DNA of 32,418 nucleotides from Vermamoeba vermiformis (Eukaryota): NCBI GenBank assembly GCA_045837725.1, contig JBEWZL010000180.1, positions 1 to 32,418 of the forward strand, read 5' to 3'. Shown piece by piece: positions 20,334 to 31,162 of this stretch (position 1 is its first letter; each line of letters starts with the position of its first letter). The notes under the pieces were generated by a model. It saw only the letters and a program-made list of their open reading frames with translations, ran no database searches and was not told where the DNA came from. The position numbers and the translations under genes were made by a program.

Positions 20334-21510
20334 ATGGGTAATTCATCGCCACACGCCAGTTTGAAACAAAATCACGAAGCTCATAATGCATTTGACGTGT
20401 TACCGCGCGAATTGCACGAAGTGATCGGCGGTTACACTTGGTAGTCAGCCCGTTAGAATTGATCAAATATTAGGGTAATTACTACAATTTTATTATTCAT
20501 TTAGGTTCACTTTTGAAGGCGCAAGTGACCTTTTAAATTTTTATTTTAGAATTCGATCTTGCAGGAAAATTGGCAAACCATCATTGGTAAATTACTATTA
20601 ATTAATTATCGAACTATAGTTATGTATTAGTATCAAAATATTGGACTCAGACCGTATTTTCTGGACCCATCCGACTGGTTGCTTTTAACAAGCACCGCAT
20701 TTCCATCGATGTACTCGAAAGAATAGGCGCATTTGGTGAGTATAATATATTACTACAATGCTATCATTAATTTACGTGTTCTAATAATTTTGGAATTCAG
20801 ATCGACTTTCGTTTTGCTTGGATTTGCGATACTGCCAAAGATTGGGAGAAGACGAGGACTTTTTAGAAATTACGCAGTACAATAATATCTATGAATTAGA
20901 TCTCCGAGGCATCGAGTTCAAATATGACATTGATCCGGATCTTGGACACCTAACTTCGCTAAGAAGACTGGCAATATGTCAAAATAGAGACAAACCAATC
21001 ACATCATACAGCTTCGTATCAAAACTTACGAAGCTGAACAGTCTTATCATTCAACAAGATGGTTATGGTTCCCTGGATGAATTTTCATCGTTCAAGTTGG
21101 ATTTGAAAAATTTATTGCCGTTGACGAACTTGAAAGAATTGGCGATTAATCCGTATATGGAACAATGTGCTATTATAGAGCCAGTAACACAATTGACCAG
21201 CTTAAAGACGTTGGTATTAAACTGTGGTTATGGATTTGGTTCTTCGCTTGATGTGAAAAAATTGACGGTGCTGACCAATCTCAAGACTCTTATTATAGAC
21301 AAAGTATGTCACGCTGTAACGCCAGAAGATTTCACAGAGTATGCGGATATCAAGTGGCAAACAAGTCTGGAACGCATCTACGATACTGGCGCAGCTCGGT
21401 TGACAAAATTCAACGCTGTGTGGACTGAACTGCCCGAGAAGAAATTTCGAGTTGGCGAGACTATAGTTGTAGATGTGTTTAATAGTCATTACAAAGTAGG
21501 ATTTTATTAA
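20334..21510 (+). CDS. F-box/LRR protein with N-terminal MGNSS (possible N-myristoylation)
   Basis: ATG 20334, MGNSSPH...AFDVLPRELHEVIGGY and VSKYW (F-box-like). Tentative small exons 20505-20520, 20565-20586 and 20631-20735 join the large LRR exon 20801-21510 (LTSLRRLAI, LTKLNSLII, LTNLKELAI, LTSLKTLVL, LTNLKTLII). The 5' exon structure is uncertain. Confidence 0.7.
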
Positions 21511-21902
21511 AACGCACAGCGCGTTCATTGAATATTTGTTTCATGAACGGTAATCAATCGTCAACTTTGCATCGGAACGACAGCGAGCCCAGGTGCACAA
21601 AGTTCGCATTAAAGATGCGGTCCGATCAATCAAAGAGACTTGCAACTGAATGTGCGCGGGCTCATACACTAGTTATATGAGTCTAACTGTTTGAAAAGAG
21701 AAAAATTCCGTCAGATCTATATCCTAACAACGCCGGCGTAAGTCTAATGTTATTCAGTTACGCGATCCGGGTAATAGCGCAAAGTCTTGAACGGGTAATT
21801 TCTTACGTTTCATTGACAGGTAACGGAGCAACCGTGTGATTTGAAAACTCGGCCTTCCGTTGCGGACATCCGCTTTTGCCTTTACCTTCCGTCGTGCGAA
21901 AA

Positions 21903-21910
21903 TATAAAAG
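21903..21910 (+). promoter_or_regulatory. Candidate TATA box for the MDR reductase gene
   Basis: TATAAAAG 70 nt upstream of ATG 21973. Could be chance in AT-rich DNA. Confidence 0.3.
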
Positions 21911-21972
21911 AAAGGAAGTAGTTTATTTAACAATCAACAACGAGCAACATTCTCATAGTTAACCAATCAATC

Positions 21973-23336
21973 ATGTCTTACAAACGTCTTTCTATCGATC
22001 AGTATGGCGATCCGCTTGCTGTTCTAAAATTAGAACAAGTTGAAAAAATCCCGACTCCCGCTGATGATGAAATAGTGATCAAGTTAATAGCTAGCCCTAT
22101 TCATCCTTCTGATTTGGCGTTTGTTCAAGGTAAACCAAAGGAAATTCTGAATTCAAACCCTAACCCTCGCTGATTGTCAATTCTGCAGGTCAGTACGTGG
22201 CATTTGGATCTACGAGACCAGCCCCGCCAACTTATCCTGGAAGTGAAGGTATGGCATAGCTGCGTGAATCAAAGGTGAAGTTAACTTTCGTTTTTCAGGT
22301 GTCGGTCGCATCCACTCCGCTGGAAAAGACATTACCGAATTTGCAGTGGGTCAGCGTGTAGGGTTCTATTCGGAAAAGCGTACGTAATAATGCGGATTAT
22401 TATTAAACACTTGAATACTGATGAATGTTGCAGATGCGTGGTCAGAATATTTTGTGCTGAAAAAGCCTTTCACTGCTGTTATTCCCCTGCCGGACATTCT
22501 GCCCGATACTATTGCAGCTCAATCGTTCGTCAATCCTTTGACAGCTGTTGGAATGTTGGAGGAGATTAAAGCCAAACCCGACGAGTGGATCCTTCAAACT
22601 GCCGCTGGATCCGTGCTGGGTCAAATGGTGATTCAGTTAGCCAAGTAAGAAACGGTTATACCTAGTATCTTTACTAATATGGTATTCAGATTGCGAGGAT
22701 TGCAACTGATTAATGTAGTTCGTCGTGTCTCTCAAGTTGACGAGTTGAAGGCTCGTTACGGCAATGACATTCACGTACTAGCTTTCGATGGTTCAAATGA
22801 AGCGCAATTCTTGCAGCAGATCAATCAACTGACTCAAGGCAAAGGCATCAACTACAGTAAGTCTCTTTTAGCGATCACCTAAACTTTGGTATTCGCCTTA
22901 TTAATCAAAATTAGCGTTGCGGGTAAATAATAGCAAGTTATTAATTCTAACAACTTCTTTTTCAGTTTTGGATCCGGTCGGCGGATCTACCACCGAAGCT
23001 GTCCTCAAACCAATCGCTCCTAATGGACGTGCAATCTTCTACGGCTTAATGAGCGGTGAACTCGATATCAAGATCAGTTTCTACAACTTGCTGATACAAA
23101 ACGCGCGTATTGAAGCGTTCAGAGTCGCTGCGTGGCTGTTCAAGCAATCTCAAGAAGACCGCATCAAAATTCTAACAGAGCTCATTGGCTTGTTGGCGTC
23201 GAAGCAACTGGTGCCCTTATTAGAAGAAGTATTGCCGTTGGAAGAGTTTAAGAATGCTGTCATCAAGTCCGTCACTCCTGGAAAGGTCGGCAAAGTCTTC
23301 CTTGCACCACATCCAGAACAAGTCTCGCGTCATTAA
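21973..23336 (+). CDS. Zn-independent medium-chain dehydrogenase/reductase, 2-enoyl-thioester reductase (MECR/ETR)-like
   Basis: YGDPLAVLKL; ASPIHPSDL...GQY; PGSEGVG; FVNPLTA; NADPH-site QTAAGSVLGQMVIQLAK; INVVRR; LDPVGG; YGLMSG; GKVFL. No Zn-ligand cysteines. Confidence 0.88.
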
Positions 23337-23462
23337 AGCGCACAATACTGGAAACGACATTAATAAGCAATGTTACTAGTATTATGATTAATCTAGAAAT
23401 AAATCTGGCAAGTCTAAGATTACAGCGGTAAATTTCAAATATTTACAATTGGTGTACAGGTT

Positions 23463-26097
23463 TTACAGGGAGGATTTACAAAGCAGGAGGTACTCGTTCA
23501 AAGTACGAATGATATTATTTTTGAACGTTTCCCAAGTCGTACCTTCGACCTTGGTATTTTTGAGTTGATTCAGATCCGCTTCAACCGTCAAAATGCATTC
23601 TTTTAGCGCGACTTTATCGCCATTTCCGCGGCACTGCCTTAACGCACGACTTCCACGGCTAATTTTTGCTAGTAGAGCTGCGAGCTTTTCGTGTTTTTTA
23701 CGTTCAATTTTCCATTGTTGCAGCGCTACTCCTGCTTCAATCAGCGCCTCGCATTCAACGCAACAATGAATCACTATAATAGGAAATGTAAATAAAATTG
23801 ATAAAATTGATAGTAGGAGATGACTACGTACTGAGATTTTTGTTCAATTCTTTCATGTCATCGAGGTACTTGTCTTGCAGTGGCATGTCAATGTGACACG
23901 GGCCATTCAAGTGAATAACTTTGCCGCACAGTTGACAGTATCCCTTCTCTTTTTCTTTCTTGAACGCGTTATGACATACTTGACACGTGTCAAATTGATC
24001 ACGTGGCGGCAAGTCAATGCCAGTTTCGATCAACATGTCACCGTCACCAACGAGTTTGTTGAAGAACAGTGACACGCCAGATGTGTTCTTATGATGCGTA
24101 ATCAAATGGTAACTGACGCTCTCCCATCGCACTGAGGCCCGTTCAATGTCACGTGACGAATCTGTCGGACGACGAGCACGCATTTCTTTGAAACTAGCCG
24201 TCAAGGTGTTGCTAATGCCTTCTTGTTGTGGCTCGCGCTTGCTTTTCCTACTCGGAGATTTGAGTTCTTTTTCGGGGACAGCAGTGGGTGTCATGTCCAC
24301 TTTCATCGGCTTTGACGTGTCATCTTCGAGGACGAATACGACTTCAGCGCTAGAGTCTTTTTTGACCGGCAAGACTTGCATTTTCATCGCAGGCTTTTTG
24401 AGATTGGTCGTCATCTCGTGTCCGAAATTGACCGCGAACATGTTGTTGGTCCAATACAACGAGATGACCGTTTCTGAAAAATAAAGTGTCAGCGGCTATT
24501 TATTTTGAATAGTAGCCTATATTGGAAGAATAATTAATGGCGTAACTTTGAAGATTACCTCCGTCTTCTTCCTCGGCCGAAGGTGCGACAAAGAGTACTT
24601 TGCCTTCGGTACCGGCAAGACCTACGAGGTACACATCGTTAATAAATCTGATAAAATACGTGTAGATGGCAGCTACATACCCGTTGATTCAGTGCCGAAT
24701 TTGACAGTTAAACCCTTTTCGATCCTCTCGGGTGGCAATTGACGCCATAACCCGTGTCGATTTTCACTTTCCACTCGTTCAAGCACAGTTGAGGTATTGT
24801 TAATGACCGTAACTAATACACTTTTCAATGCTTTCTAAGGCAAACGACTAATTAGTAATTTTTTCACGGGTAGATCCGATATGATCTTACTTTTAACTTT
24901 CTGACCCAGTCCGTATGATACACATCATCCATCTTTGTCTTCGAAGGTACTAATGGCGATGGCAACGCTTTGTTAACGATTTGCGCGTCTTTTGCGTCAC
25001 GTGCTGCGTGAATAGTGAACGTGACGGACCAGTGATCTGGCAACAAAACGAACGGCGAGCACTCTGATTTGTCGTCTTCTACGAGTGCATCGTAACGACC
25101 AGTACCACTGGATGTTGCCTTATAAGGAAATGAAATAATTAGATCAATTACTAACGGAGGCACAGTCCTTCAAAAGTGACTGGACTCGCGTGTCAAAACC
25201 CGCAAAAAATCGACACTTCCTCAAACAATTTGGTTATTAGGAACTAAATACTATATACTAATAATAGGCTAAAATAAAATTGATAAAATTATGCGGTTGC
25301 TCGCTTACTTGTTTTGAGGCCGTGATCTTGCGGTAAGGATTTTGCCACCTTAATGTGATCTCGCCGTACGAAGGATCTTCACCGCCATAGACTACTGAGG
25401 CACTAGTTCCACCAATGAACGCTGAGCTCGCGGTGCCGCATTCGATGGAACTCTTCGGCGGGATTTTTTCTGCTGGAAACTGTCGCCAGATTTGGAACGT
25501 GCCATGAAGTTTGATGTGGCGACGAATAAGTGCCTATAAATAATTAGTTATTAGTAATGTATATCGAATATTATAATTAGTACTCGCCTTATCAGTGTCA
25601 TTCACGATTTTGACAGTGACGGATCTGTTTGAAAGTCTAAATCAACGGTCAGAAATTACCCACGAATCTAATTTGTATTTTTTTTTTGTTATTACTTTAA
25701 CGCATTCTTCCAATCGTCCTCCAATGGTACGTATTTCTTGTTTTGATTCAGTCTTGCCATTAAACCATTGATCCAACTCAATTGTTCGGTTTCTGTCGCT
25801 GCCACGAGGCAATATATTCTATTCGTGCACTTTAATTCAATGCCATATTCGTTAAAGAAGCCGTAGTTATTTTCTTTGGGCTAGAAAAATTGGATGTCAA
25901 AAATTCGATTAACTGGTTAATTTTAATTAAATAATTACCTGCACGCTAACAATGTGCGAAATATCAATAAATCCCTTTGGTTCAGCATCGTTTTTGTTTT
26001 TAAAATAATATAGCTTGCCGTCTTGTTCTTTAAAATAGCGTGTCTTCCACAACTTGAATAATCCTTTCTCTCCTTGCTTTTTTAATACGCCTTCCAT
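23463..26097 (-). CDS. PH domain + two aegerolysin/Cry34(ET79)-like domains + degenerate FYVE-like Zn finger + helical tail
   Basis: ATG 26097; PH MEGVLKKQGEKGLFKLWKTRYF...EQLSWINGL. Repeat 1: KSVTVKIVNDTDKALIRRHIKLHGTFQIWRQFPAEKIPP...GGTSASVVY...ITLRWQNPY. Repeat 2: KSVLVTVINNTSTVLERVESENRHGLWRQLPPERI...FGTESTGLAGTEGKVLF...ISLYWTNN. Then CQVC...CQLCG...HLNGPC...CVEC. Splices are phase-consistent. Confidence 0.78.
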
Positions 26098-26545
26098 ATT
26101 ATCGACTTATTCTGCTATTACATAATTTATTAATTATAAATTGTGCTGTTTCGCTTGCGACGCTCTTAAATTTTTAGGACTTCTGATTTTTTCTAATTCA
26201 CACGGGCATTAAACGGACAGACGAGGTATGCATTTTAGAGTTATTCGTAGCTAAGTGAGTTATAATAATCCATTAGAGGCAAGGATATCGCCAAACGAGA
26301 ACCGGATTTCAGATTTGGACAAAATCCGTCTGCACCGTAAGTGAAAATTTTATTTATTAGCTTGCGTGAAATTAGTAAAATGGAGTAAAAAGTGCGAGCG
26401 GCTTCTATTACAAAAATCGTAAGAGCTTGCCCTCCATCTAAAAAAAGAAAGTTTTGTCAATTTATTTTACTACTAAATTTGCTAATTATAGTTAGTGACA
26501 CAACGCTGACACTGTGATATCACTTATTTATTATAATATAAGATA

Positions 26546-29500
26546 ATGGAGAAAAACGAAGGTAAGTTATCGATTGGCCAGTATTTAAGCCGAAAATTAG
26601 GCGTCACCAACGGTACTGAACCAAAATAATAATAATATTCTATTATTATATTCTTTACCTAGGTGTGTAGATAATCTTCGTAGAAATTAGACCGAAATTT
26701 GCAGATTCGAATGTTCAAAAAAATTGAATCTTTCCTCTAATCCGATGTATTAACCGTCTTTCTTGCTACAGCCACACATACGACGGACTATTCCTCAATA
26801 CCGGCATCGGTAACTACAGAGATAACTAAGGAGACGGATTGGGACTTCTTGGAGCGGATCTGGATAAGTCTGCAAAAATCCTCTGAAGATGCGCCAGAAT
26901 GGACGAATTTCTGGAAATCCCTGGACGATTGGGCACGCAACAATATCAATCACGGCACTCTTCCAAAGATTAAATGGAATAGAATGCAGGTAGCTGCATG
27001 GGCGCGAAAACTCTTGAGGTTTGACGACGAGGATGCAGCAGCATTAATTACGGCTGAAGTGAACGGGGAACTCCTTCTAGTTTATGTATCAAAAGGCGAA
27101 GATTACTTGCTTTCCGAATTTGACAAAGCTATTCCAAGACCACCGCTTCGCGAGTTGTGGGTAGAGATCGAAAAACTGAAGAAGTCTCTCGCGGAACCAG
27201 GTAAGCGACGTAATTCTTTCATCATCTCGCAATTTTGTCAAGTTACGTAGAAATTACTCAGCCTTTGGAGAAATCCAACTTCACTTTTAATCTGATTCCA
27301 TTTTTTTAAATATAGACAAACCAGACGCCAGTGTCATAACGGCAACCAACATCAAAGAAGTATTCGTGAGGTGGAATAACGATCAGTTGGCTAACTGGAC
27401 CAGATCTAAAATCGGAGACACGCATTGGACCTCCAATGTCGCTCAAGCCTTTCGCGCTTCTAAAATGACGGGATCTTTTTTAGAACTATTAATCACGAGT
27501 GCCGCTGATGTATACAGGTTTATACCAAACATCCCTGCCTCAACGACAGAGGCAATCTGGCGAGCTTTTAGAGAGCACATACTAGGCATACACAATTGCC
27601 CTAATAACGAATATTTATTAATTGTTATGCAGATATTAATTGGTGTTTGGAGAAATTTATCGTTGATTCGAATCAAAAGGCGCGAACTTCTCCACTTTCG
27701 ACAGTCGATCTGTGTTCAGTATGCAAACTGTCATTAGAACCGAAGAATAGTGTCGGTACTACTCTAAAATCGCATTGGTTTTGTCTGCCCGATGAATCAA
27801 TATTTAATCGAGAGACAGCCGCGAAACAATTACAAGACGCGTTAGAGAACAATGTTAAAGTGTCCAAAAGTCTAACGAAACAAGATCCGATATTCTGCAC
27901 TGCTTTCGGATTCGTCGGTATCGGAAAAACGACCGTCGGGCAACAGGTTGCTAGCAAACTTCAGATTGATGGAAAACCAGTCAAATACGTTTACATCGAT
28001 TTCTCGCTTGGAGACAGGATCGATAAGCTTCAGCAAGGCGACAGCAAGTCTTTTGAGTACGAGTTAGCGTTGAGAATCATCACTCGGTTGTTCAAAAATC
28101 TCTCATACGAACATGCAGGTGAACATTTCCCCGATCAACTAGAGAGGTTGACAAAATTTATCAAAGCTCGTGCAACTGCAGTGACACTGACTCAAATCTT
28201 GGAAACCTGGCTTAAGCACCGTAAGTCCTATGATAGATTTGAGAGATTCTTTGATTAAACTCTAACCGCTGTTTGTTAATTAGATGCCAAAGAATACTCC
28301 GCCGTTGTTCTTCATTTCGATGAAATCAATTATTTACTAGCGAGCGCACGAGAATATTTAGTAGCGTACATCGGAGCTGCAATGGTGCCGCAGCCTGACG
28401 CTTCCAACCTCTCAACTACGGCGGCGAGTATTCTTCCATTACTCACTGGAACAACGGATTCACCAATAGACACGATCAAATTATCTAAATTTGGCCATGT
28501 CCCTGTCTCGTTGCCAGCGCTGAGCGATGACGCACAGTACGCGCTAGTTCTTGGTGTCATTGACGAACGTCTGCGTCACGTGACAAAAAAGTTGCGAGAA
28601 GACAGCAAATTCAAAATGATGATCAAATCTACGCTTGGTGTGCCGAGACTAGTAATGTAAGACGAGACGAAATTTCGTCAAGTTGCCAAATTAATACTTG
28701 ACCATTTTTAGGCAGTTGCGGCGAGCAGTGTTCGAAGAAGTACCTGTTGCAACTGACTCGTGGAGCGAGCTGTTGAAGGCCATAGCGAACAAGTTCTTGG
28801 ATTACGTTGGTCAGACGTATATCGTACGTTTTTCCTTGTTCATATCAATTTTAACGGGACACTTCTTAGGCGTCAACGTGGCAAGTAGTGTTTCCGTCCA
28901 GTATATCAATACTGCGCTTGATATGAGTATGTCTCCGTGGAAAATTCGCACGCAAAAGGACGGAAAATACTTCAGAAGTAGTTGCGACTATTACAGTACC
29001 AGGTAAGGCCTAATACAGAAAAGTCGTTTTTATGATATCGTTAGAACGGAGTATAATTTTGTTGTCTTTAGGCTTTGACGAGGGGATGACCCACATTCCA
29101 GGTAAATAATAGCATGAAATATTTTCTGACCGTGGATATCGAGCTAATTACCTCCTAGACATGCGGATATCAGTTCGTACCTTACGAGATGGTGGATTCA
29201 TTCATACATCAGACATGGGGGATAAGGACGGACCAGTTGACATTTTGATGCCGTACAGTCTTCTATCATCGTTGATTTTCTCATCGCCGAAGTACAAGCA
29301 TATTCAAAGTTCGTTTATCGCTCCAATTTCGAACTTGACATGGCAAACGTTGGAAGAACTGGAACTTAATTTTCTGAAACTATTCGTTTCTGCGTTTAAC
29401 GCAATGCGTTCGAATCTTTCGGTCAAATTCAGAGATATTTGGCGCGGTGCAGTTGCCCGGGAGGATATTTTGGGTATGAAGATTAAAATACCCTCAGATG

Positions 29501-30153
29501 CGTCATTTTGCTGTGGCAAGGAAGCAAATCAATGGATTTCCAAAGAGTTGACCATTAGCGAGCCGCTCCCATTTGTGAAACTCGAATCAAACGAGGTTAT
29601 CAATTTGAACGTCAAAAACGGAGTGTTTTTGGCGTGCGCGAACAATCCTTTGTTCGATGTCCGCTCAAAGTTTGAAATTGATGCACCAACGATTCAAGTC
29701 GAAGAAAATCTTCCTTTTGAACCGGTTCCTTCTGAAGAAAATCCAAGTAAGTCCCTGACGCTCCAAAACAAGAAATTAACTAATTTTCCGAAAGAGCAAC
29801 GCAGAATCGGAAGTAACACAGGTCCAAATAAAGCGCCGAAGACGGTCGCCAAGACGAAATTGCTAAATTTAGTTCAAATGAAGGCGTCAGCGGATCTCAA
29901 GGCAAAAATCACTGCATCCAAGATCTACGCATGGTACACGGATGCACAAAAGTTGGTATTCCCTGAAGACTACAAAGTGGTCTTCGCTTACTTCACGAAT
30001 AAGAACATGGAGTGGGATCTGAAGGAACAAAACGTTTCGTGGACTGAGAACACGCTGTTGGATTGCTGCCCGAATCTGGTGCTCATGGCTCGCGAGCAAT
30101 TAGTCACTTATTTGTCACCGATGTTCGCGCCATTATGCCTTCCGAAAGATTGA
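26546..30153 (+). pseudogene. SAM-SAM-STAND-type P-loop NTPase-REase-fold (Crinkler/CR-like) gene with an apparent in-frame TGA; pseudogene or readthrough candidate
   Basis: Two SAM-like units (WNRMQVAAWARKLL...EVNGELLL; WNNDQLANWTRSKI...KMTGSFL). Walker A GFVGIGKT at 27908-27931, Walker B VVLHFDE, LLTGT sensor, GVPR motif. C-terminal NNPLFD...VQMK...VVFAYFTN PD-(D/E)xK-like pattern. The best splice model has TGA at 28924-28926. Confidence 0.68.
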
Positions 30154-30371
30154 GGCTCGTTCATTATTTATAGTTATTTGTAGTTTATTAAACATACATC
30201 AATTAGACTTCAATGTGCCGTTGTTAGCTGGAAACGAAAAAAAGTACGATTGCGATTGTGTGCAGAACCGCTAAATTTGAATAAATATCAATACTGTTTA
30301 GGAGTTGTTATTAAATAATCTATTGATCTGCTCTATTTTTCGAAAGTGAATGTAATAATAAGACAGTTCTT

Positions 30372-31025
30372 TTACTTTTGCTGTCGTAAAGTATCTCGTA
30401 CACGCATTAAAGTCTTTCCTAATTGATTTCTGCCAGTGCCATCACCACCATCGCCCCAATAATTATCGTTCTTGGTGTGTTCTATGATAATCGCGTCGCC
30501 AGTATCCAATAGTAATTGTTTCAGATCCGAATGTTGACTAAATTTCGCCAGACAAGCATCGTACATCACTTCATCTTTCACCTAACTTAGTGCGGTTAAT
30601 ATAATATGCTATAATTACATTCAAATAAGTTATAAAGTAATCTATAAAACGATTGGATCGAAGCAACTTGAAGATCGGCGTCTTACCTCGGCCCAATCGC
30701 TTCGTCTATCCGGAATACCTCGTGCTAATGATTTTGATGCACCAGGAGATGTAGCTGAACGAATTTGTTCCTCTTCTGGACGCCCTTCGAATTTCATTCC
30801 CTGTCAATTTAATTTTCAACATAAATATTTATAACTCAATAAGCGATTGAGTTTTAAATTACTGAAGTGAATATTCCAAGAATAATTATATTCAAGTACC
30901 TGAAAATAATGCTCTGTCGTGGGCCAGATTTTGCCTTTGATAGTGATCGGATGCGGCGAAAAATTTGAGAACACACCATAAGGCTTTTTCCGTTCGGCAT
31001 AAAATTTAATCGTCGGAGTCTCCAT
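30372..31025 (-). CDS. NADAR/YbiA-family N-glycosidase (ADP-ribose/riboflavin-intermediate hydrolase fold)
   Basis: Three exons: IKFY...YGVFSNFSPHPI...WPTTEHYFQ | GMKF...SPGASKSL...RSDWAE | VKDEVM...KFSQH..LKQLLLDTG...EHTKNDNYWGDGGDGTGRNQLGKTLMRVR. All are hallmark YbiA motifs. Confidence 0.93.
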
Positions 31026-31162
31026 CGTATTACGTAAATTTGATGATAAGTAGTGTCGTGGTTGACATTTGGCCGTAAAAAACTGTTTTATTTTACTTTT
31101 TGACCAAGATAACGACTGATAGCCTTCATTTTTTTAATAATTAATTTGATACGTACGTTAAT

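Noticed and set aside
21543-21850. 45-codon ORF, small hairpin (CTCATA...TATGAG) and intron-like signals upstream of the MDR gene
   Set aside because: No recognisable protein similarity or coherent gene model; the hairpin is too short to be significant.
22155-22167. AAACCCTAACCCT telomere-like motif inside the first MDR intron
   Set aside because: Only about two units, and it overlaps the expected CTAAC branch point; not an interstitial telomere.
28924-28926. TGA as selenocysteine or a reassigned codon
   Set aside because: TGA terminates other genes here, the context is not a redox motif, and I could not identify a SECIS-like hairpin after 30153.
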